Below are positions 63,185 through 64,000 of a stretch of DNA of 64,000 nucleotides, in pieces; the first letter of the stretch is position 1, and the number at the start of each line of letters is the position of its first letter. The position numbers were made by a program, and so were the translations under genes. The notes under the pieces were generated by a model. The model did no database searches and had not been told where the DNA came from. It saw only the letters and a list, made by a program, of their open reading frames with translations. This DNA is from the human T2T-CHM13v2.0 reference genome, Homo sapiens. Location of the stretch: assembly GCF_009914755.1 (NCBI RefSeq), contig NC_060926.1. One strand, 5' to 3'.

Positions 63185-63925
63185 TATCATGCACCATACT
63201 ATTCACCAAAAGTCTGCAGTTCGGTGGTTTGTTGTGTATTCACAGAGCTGTGCAGCCATCCCTATAGTCCAATTTAAGAACTCTTTAGCACCCTTAATAT
63301 AAAACCCCATGTCCATTAAGCAATCAGTCCTGATTACCCCTCCCCCCAAATCCTGGCAACATCAAATCTACTTTATATCTCTAAAGATTTGCCTTCTGTG
63401 GACATTTTACATAGTGTTGGTCATACAGTTGGTCTTTTGTGGGTTCTTTTTTTTTTTATTATTATACTCTAAGTTTTAGGGTACATGTGCACATTGTGCA
63501 GGTTAGTTACATATGTATACATGTGCCATGCTGGTGCGCTGCACCCACTAACGTGTCATCTAGCATTAGGTATATCTCCCAATGCTATCCCTCCCCCCTC
63601 CCCCGACCCCACCACAGTCCCCAGAGTGTGATATTCCCCTTCCTGTGTCCATGTGATCTCATTGTGGGTTCTTTTGCTTAGCATAATGATTTCAAGTTCC
63701 ATGCACATTATAGTATTAGACCGTTTTCTTGTTACTACCAGATACATTCCATTGTAGCACATTTTGTTTATCCATTAATCAGCTGATAGACTTTGGGTTG
63801 TTCCACTATTTGACTAATATAAATAATGATGCTGTAAATATTTATGTGATTTTGAATGGACCTGGTTTTCAATTCTCTTAAGTGTAAAACTATGAGTGGA
63901 ATTACTGGCCACACTGTTTCCAATT
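63185..63925 (-). mobile_element. Old L1MB/MC 3' end hosting the L1HS insertion
   Basis: tattcacagagctgtgcagccatc; cctggcaacatcaaatctacttt; ttgggttgttccactatttgact. Confidence 0.8.
63451..63665 (-). mobile_element. L1HS pre-Ta, 5'-truncated (~0.21 kb)
   Basis: Minus strand reads gatgacACGttagtggg and cttaGagtataat; TSD TTGTGGGTTCTTTT at 63437-63450 and 63662-63675. Confidence 0.93.
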
Positions 63926-64000
63926 ATATTTCATTATTTTCAAAACTCCTAAAATCAGTAGTGTCTCTGATGTGATCATAATACTGGATCAAGAAAATTG

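Overview
This is human subtelomeric-type genomic DNA, not a prokaryotic window. The only protein-coding sequence I can support is the first coding exon of SNTG2 (gamma-2 syntrophin; 20930-21001, +, MGTEGPPPPAASRGRQGCLLVPAR followed by a GTGAGT donor). It lies in a CpG-island promoter at about 19.9-21.5 kb, and I recognise it from memory as chr2p25.3. The first ~20 kb is upstream sequence and everything after 21002 is intron 1; I found no exon 2. The rest is interspersed repeats (Alu, L1, MaLR/ERV LTRs, Tigger7, MIR/L2) and many minisatellites, which account for almost all long ORFs in the track. Most notable: (1) a THE1 solo LTR whose 57-bp TATA-containing segment expanded ~35x and gained an AATAAA in most units; (2) a ~230-bp diverged inverted duplication in intron 1 that I cannot assign to a known repeat; (3) a human-specific pre-Ta L1HS insertion with a perfect TSD; (4) a twin-primed L1PA3-like insertion nested in an older L1. 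I see no evidence of a wholly new gene system. Repeat subfamily names come from recalled consensus sequences, not a RepeatMasker run.
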